24,000 nucleotides of DNA from Candidatus Nitrosocosmicus oleophilus (GCF_000802205.1 NZ_CP012850.1:2668587-2692586); one strand, 5' to 3'; counted from the first letter of the stretch, positions 9,644 through 19,506 are shown. Program-made: numbers and translations. Notes: generated from the sequence alone by a model not told the origin.

Positions 9644-10522
9644 TTGAATGAAAGAGACTTTCAGTTAAATCCATTTGTTGAAAGGTTTAATGAATATATT
9701 AATAAGATTAATGAGTCCTTATCAAGAGAGATAGAGTCATATTCTTGGTCAGAATTTTATCTTCCGCTTAAGTATGCTTGTCATGGTGGTAAACGAATAA
9801 GACCACTGATCTTGACTCTAGCAGCCGAAACTATTAACAATGACAATATAAGCTCCCTAAACTCAAAGTCGAGGGAAAACATTTTTGCCGTTTCTTCGGC
9901 AATTGAATTACTTCATACAGAATCAGTTATACATGATGACATAATTGATTCAGATAACATTCGGAGAGGCTTACCTTCGTTCCATGTAAAATATGGATAT
10001 AACGCAAGTATTCTCACAGCAGATTTCATTTTGGGCATCATATTAAATATTAGTGCTAAAACCAATAATAATCGCGTTACCCATGAGTTATCTACAGCAT
10101 CAATTAAAATGAGCGAAGGTGAGATGCTTGAGTTACGACTCGTAAAGAACCATAAAATATCTCAAGAGGAATACATCACCGTTATCGAAAATAAAACTGC
10201 ATCATTGTTTGAGGCTTCTGCTAAAATCGGTGCAATTTTGGCAAATGGGAACGAAGATCAAATCAATGCTCTTGCTAATTTCGGACGCCTTCTGGGTATT
10301 GCTTACCAGATCCATGATGATTTGGTTGATTATAACAATGAAGAAAGATTGTTTAATATACTTGTCAAACAAAATGACGAGGATAACATATTTATCGAAA
10401 TAATGGAGAATACATATCTCAATTACTCCCGCCTCGCCAAAAAAGAACTCGATGGTATAGAATGTAATCATCACTCTAAAAAGATACTTCAGGATCTGAC
10501 AAATCTTAGTTCATTCTCTTAG
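9644..10522 (+). CDS. polyprenyl diphosphate synthase (probable geranylgeranyl diphosphate synthase)
   Basis: First Asp-rich motif VIHDDIIDSDNIRRG, second Asp-rich motif IHDDLVD, and GGKRIRP near the N-terminus. The start is TTG; there is no in-frame ATG near the N-terminus. Confidence 0.85.
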   Translation: MNERDFQLNPFVERFNEYINKINESLSREIESYSWSEFYLPLKYACHGGKRIRPLILTLAAETINNDNISSLNSKSRENIFAVSSAIELLHTESVIHDDIIDSDNIRRGLPSFHVKYGYNASILTADFILGIILNISAKTNNNRVTHELSTASIKMSEGEMLELRLVKNHKISQEEYITVIENKTASLFEASAKIGAILANGNEDQINALANFGRLLGIAYQIHDDLVDYNNEERLFNILVKQNDEDNIFIEIMENTYLNYSRLAKKELDGIECNHHSKKILQDLTNLSSFS

Positions 10523-10835
10523 GAAGCCTGCTACAGCTTATGACTCTAATATTAGTAACCCGTTATCGAAAACTATTCAAATAACTGGCAATATAAAGAG
10601 TTAAATGATTACAGTAAACATTAGACATACAATTTGTTACTAATTAATAAAGACGTTAGAAACCAAACCTAACATAATTCTCTTGAACTCCAGGAGACAT
10701 TCTCAATGCCGTGCAGTAAATATCTAAAAATTCTTTGACCTCGTTCTAAAGTAGAATGTCTTTAGAATTATACGAGATTAACTAGATTTTGATGTCGACT
10801 AGAAAATAGAAATTCACCCCTCTAAAAAAGGTCAC

Positions 10836-11603
10836 CTATTTCAAAACTTTTCTTGCAAAACCTAGGTACGTCGTATGCCCGATCATTCTCATTGATGGAC
10901 GCGTTTTCCCTTCTCTGGCCTCTATTTTACGGATGAATGTTTCTACACAATCGGAATCGATAAAACCACCATGAAAGAAATGAGTTGCCAAGTTTTCCAA
11001 TTGATTCATTGTAGGACATATACAAACTACCGAAGCTCCGCTCTTCATAGACGGATAAATAATGTCCAAATAATTCCAGGGATCACCAAGGTCGATAACG
11101 ACCAAATCAACATCTCGGATTTGACCAATTTTCTCAGGGTCATATATCCCCTGAGTTACGTATGGATCCATGCTAGATTTTTCTAGATTCTTCTTTGCTA
11201 TGGACATAAAATCCTCATTAACATCAAACGTATAAACGTGACCCTCCGGCATGACAATACTTGCAAGAAAGGTAGAAAGGGCAGCACTTCCCGTGCCTAT
11301 TTCTAAGACTTTAGAACCATTTCTCAGTCCCGTTCTTGCCGCAATATATCCATAGTCCTTTGGGTATACTATTTGGGTGGTTCTCTGAGATTTCATTACG
11401 AAATCATATGTGTTTGGAGGCAAAAGGAAAATTTTTTTATCTTTATTCGTCAGAATATGTGAACCATATTCTAAACCAATCGTTGAACCCGCATCGATAA
11501 TCCCCAGATGAGTATGCAATTTCTTTTCATTTTCAATCCGTATGAGCCATTTCTTATCACTGTTAAAAAAAAATAAGACTAAAGAGCCTTCTGATATTAT
11601 CAA
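10836..11603 (-). CDS. trmI: tRNA (adenine-N1)-methyltransferase, TrmI/Gcd14 family
   Basis: SQRTTQIVYPKDYGYIAARTGLRNGSKVLEIGTGSAALSTFLA matches the TrmI signature plus the SAM-binding GxGxG motif. 255 aa with a TTG start. Confidence 0.8.
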   Translation of the reverse strand: MIISEGSLVLFFFNSDKKWLIRIENEKKLHTHLGIIDAGSTIGLEYGSHILTNKDKKIFLLPPNTYDFVMKSQRTTQIVYPKDYGYIAARTGLRNGSKVLEIGTGSAALSTFLASIVMPEGHVYTFDVNEDFMSIAKKNLEKSSMDPYVTQGIYDPEKIGQIRDVDLVVIDLGDPWNYLDIIYPSMKSGASVVCICPTMNQLENLATHFFHGGFIDSDCVETFIRKIEAREGKTRPSMRMIGHTTYLGFARKVLK

Positions 11604-11691
11604 GGATTTCTTTTATTTATTTAGGGCTAAATATATATTATTTTAAGATTCCACCAAAGGTTAATCTAATCATTTCTTGCAAATAAAACTA

Positions 11692-12384
11692 ATGAAACGT
11701 GAGTTTGTATTTCGCATCTCAAGTAATTTCTTAGGAACCAAATCTTGCCTTTTCCTTTCTGTTTTGGTGATATGTAATATGTCGTTTGCTCTAGCAACTA
11801 ATGAATCATTGTTTGCCTTAGAAGCAGTACAAACCCAATTGACTGAAGATCAAAACAAATTCCATCACATAATTGGCATAGCTCAAAATAATATGAATAT
11901 GACGTTGGATAACATTTTTGTGCATGTGATTATCTCGGATAACAATGATACCATATTAGGTAATTATAGCAATCAAGTTGCGGTGCATCCGTTAGGTCCA
12001 TCGGAAGAAACTCCGTTTGATGTTCTCATATATGATAAGAATCACAACAATCAGGTAAAAAATTATACAGTTGACTTTACTTACAATGGGACAAAAATCA
12101 CCAAAAAAGCTCTTGAAATACACTCTACGAGTTCCAAATTAGATGCAACTGGATTTTACTATATAAGTGGCAGAATTACCAACAATATGAATAATATTTC
12201 CACAAGTACAACCGTAATTGCAGCCTTGTATGATAAAAATAATGATCTAATTGGTATATGGAAAGCCCAGTCAGAACCATACAATATACCCCCATTGTCG
12301 ACAGCTTCCTTTACAATTCCAGTAACAGATCGCTCACAGGGATTCAATATCTACAATTACACATTGTATTCAAATAATTCGTGA
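11692..12384 (+). CDS. secreted/membrane-anchored protein with two FxLYD-like modules
   Basis: N-terminal hydrophobic segment CLFLSVLVICNMSFALA. There are two similar modules ending in FDVLIYDKN and IAALYDKNNDLIG, plus many N-x-S/T sequons. ATG at 11692; the track ORF begins at 11677. Confidence 0.55.
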   Translation: MKREFVFRISSNFLGTKSCLFLSVLVICNMSFALATNESLFALEAVQTQLTEDQNKFHHIIGIAQNNMNMTLDNIFVHVIISDNNDTILGNYSNQVAVHPLGPSEETPFDVLIYDKNHNNQVKNYTVDFTYNGTKITKKALEIHSTSSKLDATGFYYISGRITNNMNNISTSTTVIAALYDKNNDLIGIWKAQSEPYNIPPLSTASFTIPVTDRSQGFNIYNYTLYSNNS

Positions 12385-12440
12385 ATTTGTTTTTTGAAAC
12401 GAAACGCGACAACGTAATACGGGAATAGTAAAAAAACAGT

Positions 12441-12743
12441 TTATTCTGCTCGAGGATTCTTTAATGAGAGCACATATTTCTCTATCTCATTAAATCTTAG
12501 AATCGCATTTTCACTTTGCATCACCGGAGCAAATGTCTCGTCATTTTTGATTTTTTGCAAAACTTGAATAACCTCATCTATTGTGACTCCATGTTTAAGA
12601 TCATAATCTACCTGCTTACAGCAATTTGCTATAGTTCCATACCTTTTGTGCTGGCGTTTTTCCCATATACTAGCAGTCTCTGACAATCCTGTAATAAATT
12701 TTTTAATAGTTTTTTCAACATGTTCCAAATGCCATTGCTTCAT
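12441..12743 (-). CDS. hypothetical protein
   Basis: About 100 aa from ATG 12743 (the track ORF runs to 12815). Divergent from the phosphoesterase gene. No motif recognised. Confidence 0.35.
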   Translation of the reverse strand: MKQWHLEHVEKTIKKFITGLSETASIWEKRQHKRYGTIANCCKQVDYDLKHGVTIDEVIQVLQKIKNDETFAPVMQSENAILRFNEIEKYVLSLKNPRAE

Positions 12744-12849
12744 GGGAAAACTATTTTGGGTCAAAAAAATATCATTATATAGTACATCATACATACATAT
12801 AAGTGAAACTTGCATTTTTCAGGTTTTGGATATTAACCAATTAAGACCC

Positions 12850-13674
12850 ATGATTGAAGATATAAATTTTAATAAAAGCAGGTGTTTTCCACTTTATCCC
12901 CACCCCATCTTAATGATAGAGACCTCAGGTTACAAGAATTTTCTAGTAATTTCAGATATTCATATTGGTCTGGAAGACAAAATAAGAAGAAATGGTATAC
13001 TAATTGATCCAAGACAAAATATAGATGAATCCATAAAGCTATTGACCAACATTCATTGGGAAACTGGTGTCAATGAATTAATCATCCTTGGCGATTTAAA
13101 ATCATCCATAAGAATCATAACTAGAACCGAATGGGATAACGTTCCTTATTTTTTGGAATCATTAAACAAATTATTCAATGTCTATCTCATTCCAGGCAAC
13201 CATGATGGCAACATTAAGCAATTATTACCAGAAAATGTCAATCTAATGCGTTCAAAGGGTATTGAATTTGACAACATTCTTTTAACACATGGTCACACTC
13301 TCCCTCGAATTGGAATGAATGTAGAAAAGATTATCGTAGGGCATTTGCATCCGATAATTCAAAAAGAAGGAAGTATATTGCAGGGTAACAAAATTTGGGT
13401 AAAAATCAATTTAACCAAAAAAGATTTGTTGGAAAAAAACCAGAAACAAAATACTAGAAAGCTAGAAATCATTATCATGCCACATTTCAACAACATTCTA
13501 GACTACTATGGTAAGAGAAATAGGAACACATCTGGGACAAGCGGAAAATCTAAATTACCTTTGCTTGATAACATGATAAATAGGTTAAACTGGTCTGTAG
13601 AAAAAGCTTTTTTATTTACCATGGATGGATCGATCATTGGTTCGGAAGTGGATTTAGCAGAGCTACTTTACTAG
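12850..13674 (+). CDS. metallophosphoesterase (calcineurin-like, ICC-type)
   Basis: Ordered motifs ISDIHIG, LGDLK, IPGNHDG, LTHGHT and VGHLHP. The start is taken at ATG 12850, because the upstream part of the track ORF overlaps the opposite-strand gene and looks non-coding. Confidence 0.8.
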   Translation: MIEDINFNKSRCFPLYPHPILMIETSGYKNFLVISDIHIGLEDKIRRNGILIDPRQNIDESIKLLTNIHWETGVNELIILGDLKSSIRIITRTEWDNVPYFLESLNKLFNVYLIPGNHDGNIKQLLPENVNLMRSKGIEFDNILLTHGHTLPRIGMNVEKIIVGHLHPIIQKEGSILQGNKIWVKINLTKKDLLEKNQKQNTRKLEIIIMPHFNNILDYYGKRNRNTSGTSGKSKLPLLDNMINRLNWSVEKAFLFTMDGSIIGSEVDLAELLY

Positions 13675-13700
13675 CAATATTAATTAGAAAACACACCTTA

Positions 13701-16700
13701 TTAGTAACTATCCATTGGTCTTACTGTCGGCTCATTGTGCTTAGTCCACTCCAGAGTTTTCACGAATGAAACTGTACTTTCCACAGTGGTGAGAACCGGT
13801 ACTCCCATTTCTACTGCTTTGCGTCGTATTTGATATTCATCATAAAGCATTCCAACATATTTTTCAATTGTGGATGTAGAAGGTATATTTACAATAAAAT
13901 TTATTTTCCTTTCTGTAAGTAGCGATAGTATGTTAGGATTTCTTTCGGGCTCGCTAATTTTATAGACTAATTCCACATTTTCGAGTCCAGATTTCTTAAA
14001 GTATTCTGCAGTATGTTCAGTTGCCAATATTTTGAAACCTAGTGCAGATATTAGGGAAACGATTGGAAGTAGTTTTTCCTTATTTCTGGTTCCTCCTATT
14101 GTAATTAATGCCGCTCCTGCAGTGGGTAACGAGTATCCTGCAGCCAAATATGATTTGGATAGTGCATCATAGAAAGAATTCCCAAAACAAGCAACTTCAC
14201 CCGTTGACTGCATCTCAACTCCCAATACAATATCAGCTCCCTCCAATTGCATAAAAGAAAATTGCGGTACCTTGATTCCAAAGCCAGATTTCTTGAGCCA
14301 ATGCTCATTATCGATTGTTTGAAAATCAAAACCGAGAATGGATCTTGCAGCCAATTCAATTAGATTCAAGTCATAGAACTTTGATACAAAAGGCATTGAA
14401 CGAGATGCCCTGACATTAGCTTCAATCACATAAACTTCATTATCCTTTACCAGATACTGGATGTTTAGTGGACCTTTTACGTTCAATGCTTTACCTATCT
14501 TAACTGTGTTTTCAATTATGGTTTCCATAGTTTCCCGATTGAGTCGCCACGGTGGAATGCACATCATAGCATCTCCGGAGTGGATTCCTGCGTTATCAAT
14601 GTGCTCAATAATGGAACCAATTACAATTTCATTTGTGCCCCCAATTGCATCAACTTCGACTTCAGATGCTTCTTCCAAAAATTTACTTATTACTATTGGA
14701 TAATCAGGACTTACACTAGAAGCTTCCAAAATGAACTGCTCGAGTTGAGTTTCACTCCAAATAACCTTCATGGCCGCACCACTTAAAACATATGATGGTC
14801 TTACTAAAACAGGATAGCCTTCTATATTCGCAAACCTTTTAGATTCTGCCAAATTGGTAAACATTTTCCAAGGTGGCTGTTTTATTCCTAACACATCCAG
14901 TAAATGACTAAATTTAGAACGATCCTCTGCATTATCTACGTCTTTGCTGGACGTCCCTAGGATTTGGACATCATGTTTGCTCAGTTTAGAAACTAAATTG
15001 TTTGCACTTTGTCCGCCAACGCAAGCTACTAAACCTTTAGGATTCTCTTTTTCATAAATATCCAAAACCCTTTCCAAAGTCAACTCTTCAAAGTATAATC
15101 TATCTGGAACGTCATAATCTGTGGAAACCGTTTCCGGATTGCAATTTATGATAGATATATTATTTACCCCATTCTTTCTTAGGCCAAATACCATGTTAAC
15201 AGTTGCCCAGTCAAATTCAACGCTACTTCCAATCCTGTATGGGCCAGCTCCAAGGACAATTATGGATCTGTCTTTTTTAACATCACCAAATGACAAGTCA
15301 TCTGACTTGCCGTTGTATGTAACGTATAAATAATTTGTTTTTGCGGGCCATTCAGCGGCCAATGTATCAATTTGCTTTACCACCGGAGTTATCCCGAATT
15401 TTTTTCTAACCTCCCTAACTTGATCTTCTTGTAGATTCATACATCGGCCAACTTGTTTATCAGAAAATCCAAGTTTTTTAGATTCTTCAATTAGATGCAA
15501 GTCAAATTTTGAATTTTTCAATTCATTCTCTTTGTCAATAACATTCTTAATTTTAATCAGAAACCAAGGATCAATAGATGAGAGTTTGTTTATTCTATCA
15601 ATACTGAATCCAACCTTTATTGCTTTTACAACGTTGAAAATTATTTCATCGTCTGGATGAATTAATGAGTATTCTATTTTTTCTATAATGGAAGTATCAT
15701 GATTAGCTTTCGAGTTTTCAATTTGTCGATTTATGGAATTATATTCATTTTCATCCCCCTCATTTGCCACTAACCCGTCCTTGCCGATTTCGCACATCCT
15801 AATGGCTTTCTGTATAACTTCTTCGAAATTTTTCCCAATAGCCATTACTTCACCAACAGACTTCATAGCACTTCCCAATTTTCTTTTTACTAACTCAAAT
15901 TTCCTGAAATCCCAGCGGGGCATTTTAACTACCATATAGTCCAACGCAGGTTCGAAACATGCTGAAGTCACTTTTGTGATCGTGTTTACAAGCTCAGGTA
16001 ACGTATATCCTAAACCTATTTTTGCTGCCATATATGCCAAGGGATAACCTGTGGCTTTGCTAGCTAGGGCCGAGGATCGTGATAGTCGTGCGTTAATTTC
16101 AATAGCGCAATATTCATCAGATAATGGATTCAATCCAAATTGGATATTACATTCGCCATTGATTTTACAATACGTTGTAGCTCTTAGTGCGGCATCTCGC
16201 AGCATATGATATTCGTGATTATTCAGTGTTTGTGATGGGGCAACAACAATATTATCCCCAGTGTGAACTTTCATCCCCAAGACATTTTCCATATTGCATA
16301 TAATCACGTTGTTTCCGACAGAATCCCTCATTACTTCATATTCGATCTGCTTCCATTCACCAACATATCTTTCAATCAGAACCTGATGAACCATACTCAA
16401 TGACAAACCTCGTTGAACTATTTCCTGCAAATCATATTCATTGTATGCTACACCACCTCCGCGTCCACCTAGAGTATATGCAACCCTTATTATCACAGGG
16501 AAACCAATTTCCTTTGAGACTCTCAGGGCTTCCTCATATGAATAGGCAGTAGCACTTTCTAGAACGGGAACGTTGCTTTTCACCATTGCATCTTTAAATT
16601 CCTGTCTATCTTCTGTTAACTTTATACCCTCAACAGACGTATTTAGAACGCTTATACCATATTTCTTAAGAACTTCATTTTCATATAGGTCTACTCCGCA

Positions 16701-17017
16701 GTTTAATGCAGTTTGTCCACCATAACTTAGCATAATAGAATCAGGTCTTTCTATTTCAATAACCCGCTCAACATAGTTCCTATTTATTGGCAACAAATAG
16801 ACTTTGTCTGCAAATTTACTATCTGTTTGAATGGTTGCAATGTTTGGATTAATAAGGACACTAGATGTGCCTTCTTCTTTCAAGGCCTTTAAGCATTGAG
16901 AACCAGAGTAGTCGAAATGGCGGCCAGATATTTGATCTAGCTTTCGCCTGCTTCTCCGATTTTTATTGCTCCGCTACCTAGTACCAGGACCTTATTTATA
17001 TTCGGGTTTCGAGGCAT
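13701..17017 (-). CDS. carB: carbamoyl-phosphate synthase large subunit, interrupted by a 26-nt insert (segments 17017..16943 and 16916..13701)
   Basis: Long ORF with duplicated ATP-grasp halves and an MGS-like C-terminus. ATG at 17017 encodes MPRNPNINKVLVLGSGAIKIGEAGE and then hits TAG. FDYSGSQCLKALKEEGTSSVLINPNIATIQTD resumes at 16916 in another frame. Deleting 16917..16942 restores the conserved N-terminus. Confidence 0.9.
16917..16942 (-). other. 26-nt intervening sequence in carB (candidate BHB/BHL-type intron; alternatively a frameshifting insertion)
   Basis: RNA sense AGCUAGAUCAAAUAUCUGGCCGCCAU. Exon GGCG (16948..16945) pairs with insert CGCC (16922..16919). The 5' bulge is AA|A. The internal hairpin is GCUAGAU-CAAAU-AUCUGGC (7 bp). 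The 3' junction is AU|U. Both junctions lie 2 nt 3' of the 4-bp helix. Confidence 0.55.
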
Positions 17018-17083
17018 TAATTTTCATCACAAGTGACATTTTGACTAAAACTATGAACATTAAGAATTAAATTTATATCTTTT

Positions 17084-18199
17084 CTATGGTGTCACGATTT
17101 TATGTGCCTTTACTAGATCTTTAAACTTATCAAAGACATACAAACAGTCGTCAGGACCAGGTGAGGCTTCGGGATGAAACTGTACTGCTATAATTGGCTT
17201 TTCCAAGTGTTTTAAGCCTTCAACTGTCTGATCATCAATATTCTTGAACCATATCTCAAAATCAGTCTTGTCTAGGCTCTCTGACTCGATTCCATATCCA
17301 TGGTTCTGACTTGTTATTAGCGTATGCTCAGAAAATAGGTCCCGACAGCTTTTATTTTGACCTCTATGTCCAAATTTTAGCTTATGTGTTTTCGCACCCC
17401 CTGCCAAAGCGAGAATTTGATTGCCTAAACAAATGCCTAAAGTAGGAATGGATCTTTCGATTAGCTTAGAAGCAGTCTCTATAGTTTCTTTACAAACTAT
17501 CGGATCCCCAGGACCGTTGCTCAAAACCACACCGGCCGGGTTATGAGCCATTACCTGATCTATTGAGGAGTCCCAAGGCAGCCTCACTACCTGGAATCCA
17601 AGTCTTAAAAGGTTTCTTATAATGCTATATTTAGTACCGGTATCAATTAGAACAATTTTTGGAGATAACTCTTTTCCGTAATAGGTAGGCTTACTAATTG
17701 AAACCTCGGGCATAAAATTATAAGAATCATAATCAAAACTTTCATCGTCCTGGTTTTCAGACTTATCCATTACAATCCTAGCATTCATGACACCATTAGA
17801 TCTAATCTTTTTTGTCAATTCTCTGGTATCAACATCACAAACTCCTGGAATTTTCTCTTCAAATAGCCATTGATCTAGAGTCTTCTCACAACACCAGTGA
17901 CTTGAGACATTTGATAAATTATTAACTATCAAACCTCTTGTTTGAATTCTCTCAGATTCAAAAAATTTAGGCAAGCCAAAATCGTCTAATTCCTGCTGAG
18001 ATGGAACTCCGTAATTACCAATAGAAGGATAGGTAAAACATAATATTTGACCCCTATATGATGGATCGGTAAGTGTCTCTGTATACCCGACCATACCAGT
18101 ATTGAATACTATTTCTCCTGACACACTTGTTGGAAAGCCAAATCCTTTGCCTTCAAAAATAGAACCATCATCTAGAATTAGTTTTGCCTTATAATCTAT
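17084..18199 (-). CDS. carA: carbamoyl-phosphate synthase small (glutaminase) subunit; start codon uncertain
   Basis: VFNTGMVGYTETLTDPSYRGQILCFTYP, GICLGNQILALA (catalytic Cys) and VQFHPEASPGP. The conserved N-terminal strand KAKLILDDGSIFEGKGFGFPTS is in frame upstream of the first canonical start (GTG 18124). The 5' end is set provisionally at ATA 18199. Confidence 0.85.
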   Translation of the reverse strand: MDYKAKLILDDGSIFEGKGFGFPTSVSGEIVFNTGMVGYTETLTDPSYRGQILCFTYPSIGNYGVPSQQELDDFGLPKFFESERIQTRGLIVNNLSNVSSHWCCEKTLDQWLFEEKIPGVCDVDTRELTKKIRSNGVMNARIVMDKSENQDDESFDYDSYNFMPEVSISKPTYYGKELSPKIVLIDTGTKYSIIRNLLRLGFQVVRLPWDSSIDQVMAHNPAGVVLSNGPGDPIVCKETIETASKLIERSIPTLGICLGNQILALAGGAKTHKLKFGHRGQNKSCRDLFSEHTLITSQNHGYGIESESLDKTDFEIWFKNIDDQTVEGLKHLEKPIIAVQFHPEASPGPDDCLYVFDKFKDLVKAHKIVTP

Positions 18200-18257
18200 T
18201 ACTCTGTTTAATAAAGTCGGAATTTTTTTGTCCCTCTCAAACCAAAAATTAAAATCA

Positions 18258-18265
18258 TTTATAAA
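18258..18265 (-). promoter_or_regulatory. TATA-like box upstream of carA
   Basis: TTTATAAA lies in the 85-nt gap between the GT2 stop (18283) and the conserved carA N-terminus. Confidence 0.3.
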
Positions 18266-18282
18266 TTTTTGTAAATGATTCT

Positions 18283-19506
18283 TTAGCAGCTAATCCCCTT
18301 GCTATAGTTATATTCTCTATCTCTCCATTTTATCTTTGCATGTTTATCTGAGATCAATATAGACCAAACAAATGAAAGGGATACTACAAAACAACCGACT
18401 GGAGTGCCTAAAAAGTAAACCGCATTATGCGTATTGGCTTTTTTTAATTGATAAAAATTTGTCCAATAAATACTCATTATGTTTAGGATTGTAAACGACG
18501 CCAAAATACTATAGGACAGATCTTGTTCTGCAAGATGGACATAGTAGGCAACCAAACAATATATGAGAACCAGGAATGGAAAAGACATTAAGAAAAATAT
18601 CCCAATGGTCATGAGGATTGAGTTCAACCGATCCGTAAAGTATAAAGGAATAATTAATCTTTTCAAAGAATTCCAAAGGGTGTTAAAATCTCGTGCCCAG
18701 TAGGCTTCCAATAAGTCTTCACCGCGGAACATTTTTAATTTATATCCTTCTTCCTTCAATTTTTTACCCAAAGCTCCATCCTCAACTATTTCTGATTTGA
18801 CAATAGCATGAGTCCCAACACTTTCGTAGCATTCTCGGGTAATCACGAAAAAACTCCCAAACAGATATCCAATACTGACATTAGGATCATTAACTCTCAT
18901 AGGAGAGTATCTAGAAAACATAAAAACTGATAACACAGGTAATACCATTTTTACAATAAAATTTGGGTATTTTAAGTTTGGAACTGCAGTAATAACATCC
19001 AACTTTTCCTTGATCAGTGTTCCCAATGAATCCCGAACACTTCTATTTGAATGAATCGTATCAGCGTCGGTAAACATCAGATATTTTCCTTTTGAGTTTT
19101 GATATCCGATGTAACAGGGCCAGTTTTTACCGACCCAACCTGACGGCTTTTCACCTGCTTTGAATATTCTAACTCTAGGGTCATTTCTAAAATTCTCCAT
19201 CAAGTCGAACGTAGAATCGGTTGAATTATCATCCACAAGTAACAACTCATAATTCTTTATGTTTTGATCGAGAAGACTTTGAATGCATTTTTGGATATAT
19301 TTTTCTTCGTTTCTAGCTGGAACAATCACACTGATCAATTCTCCCTCTAAGGCTAAGTTATCGTTAGAATAAATTTTTGGAGATAATTCAAATGACCTCC
19401 TTAATACAAAAAAAAGATAAACCCATATTCCAAACGAGCCAATTATGATTACGGCCAAGAATATGTTAATAATTACGGAGATTTCCACCAATGATTCAAC
19501 TTTCAT
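18283..19506 (-). CDS. membrane-bound family 2 glycosyltransferase
   Basis: N-terminal TM segment, then VIVPARNEEKYIQKCIQSLLDQ...LLLVDDNSTDST and FTDADT (DxD). Several C-terminal TM segments follow. ATG at 19506; the track ORF starts at GTG 19527. Confidence 0.8.
   Translation of the reverse strand: MKVESLVEISVIINIFLAVIIIGSFGIWVYLFFVLRRSFELSPKIYSNDNLALEGELISVIVPARNEEKYIQKCIQSLLDQNIKNYELLLVDDNSTDSTFDLMENFRNDPRVRIFKAGEKPSGWVGKNWPCYIGYQNSKGKYLMFTDADTIHSNRSVRDSLGTLIKEKLDVITAVPNLKYPNFIVKMVLPVLSVFMFSRYSPMRVNDPNVSIGYLFGSFFVITRECYESVGTHAIVKSEIVEDGALGKKLKEEGYKLKMFRGEDLLEAYWARDFNTLWNSLKRLIIPLYFTDRLNSILMTIGIFFLMSFPFLVLIYCLVAYYVHLAEQDLSYSILASFTILNIMSIYWTNFYQLKKANTHNAVYFLGTPVGCFVVSLSFVWSILISDKHAKIKWRDREYNYSKGISC

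Noticed and set aside
10202-10474. Antisense and alternative-frame ORFs within the polyprenyl synthase gene (10202..10474 -, 10209..10403 +)
   Set aside because: They are contained in a CDS with both Asp-rich motifs, and their composition is typical of off-frame AT-rich sequence.
10971-12347. Antisense ORFs 10971..11186 + (in trmI) and 12159..12347 - (in the FxLYD-like gene)
   Set aside because: Shadow ORFs overlapping better-supported genes on the opposite strand.
12646-12849. 5' extension of the phosphoesterase ORF (track start 12646)
   Set aside because: The extension overlaps the opposite-strand gene 12441..12743/12815 and has Cys/Phe-rich junk composition. The metallophosphoesterase fold begins shortly after ATG 12850.
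14105-15939. ORFs inside or antisense to carB (14105..14359 -, 14461..14703 +, 14580..14786 +, 15121..15333 +, 15733..15939 +)
   Set aside because: These are shadow ORFs fully contained in a strongly supported 3.2-kb coding frame. They are low-complexity and carry no motifs.
16917-16942. The carB insert as a miniature mobile element or a target-site duplication
   Set aside because: No flanking direct repeat, no second copy of the 26-mer or its GGCCGCC core elsewhere in the window, and it is far too short to encode anything. The structured-intron and artefact explanations fit better.
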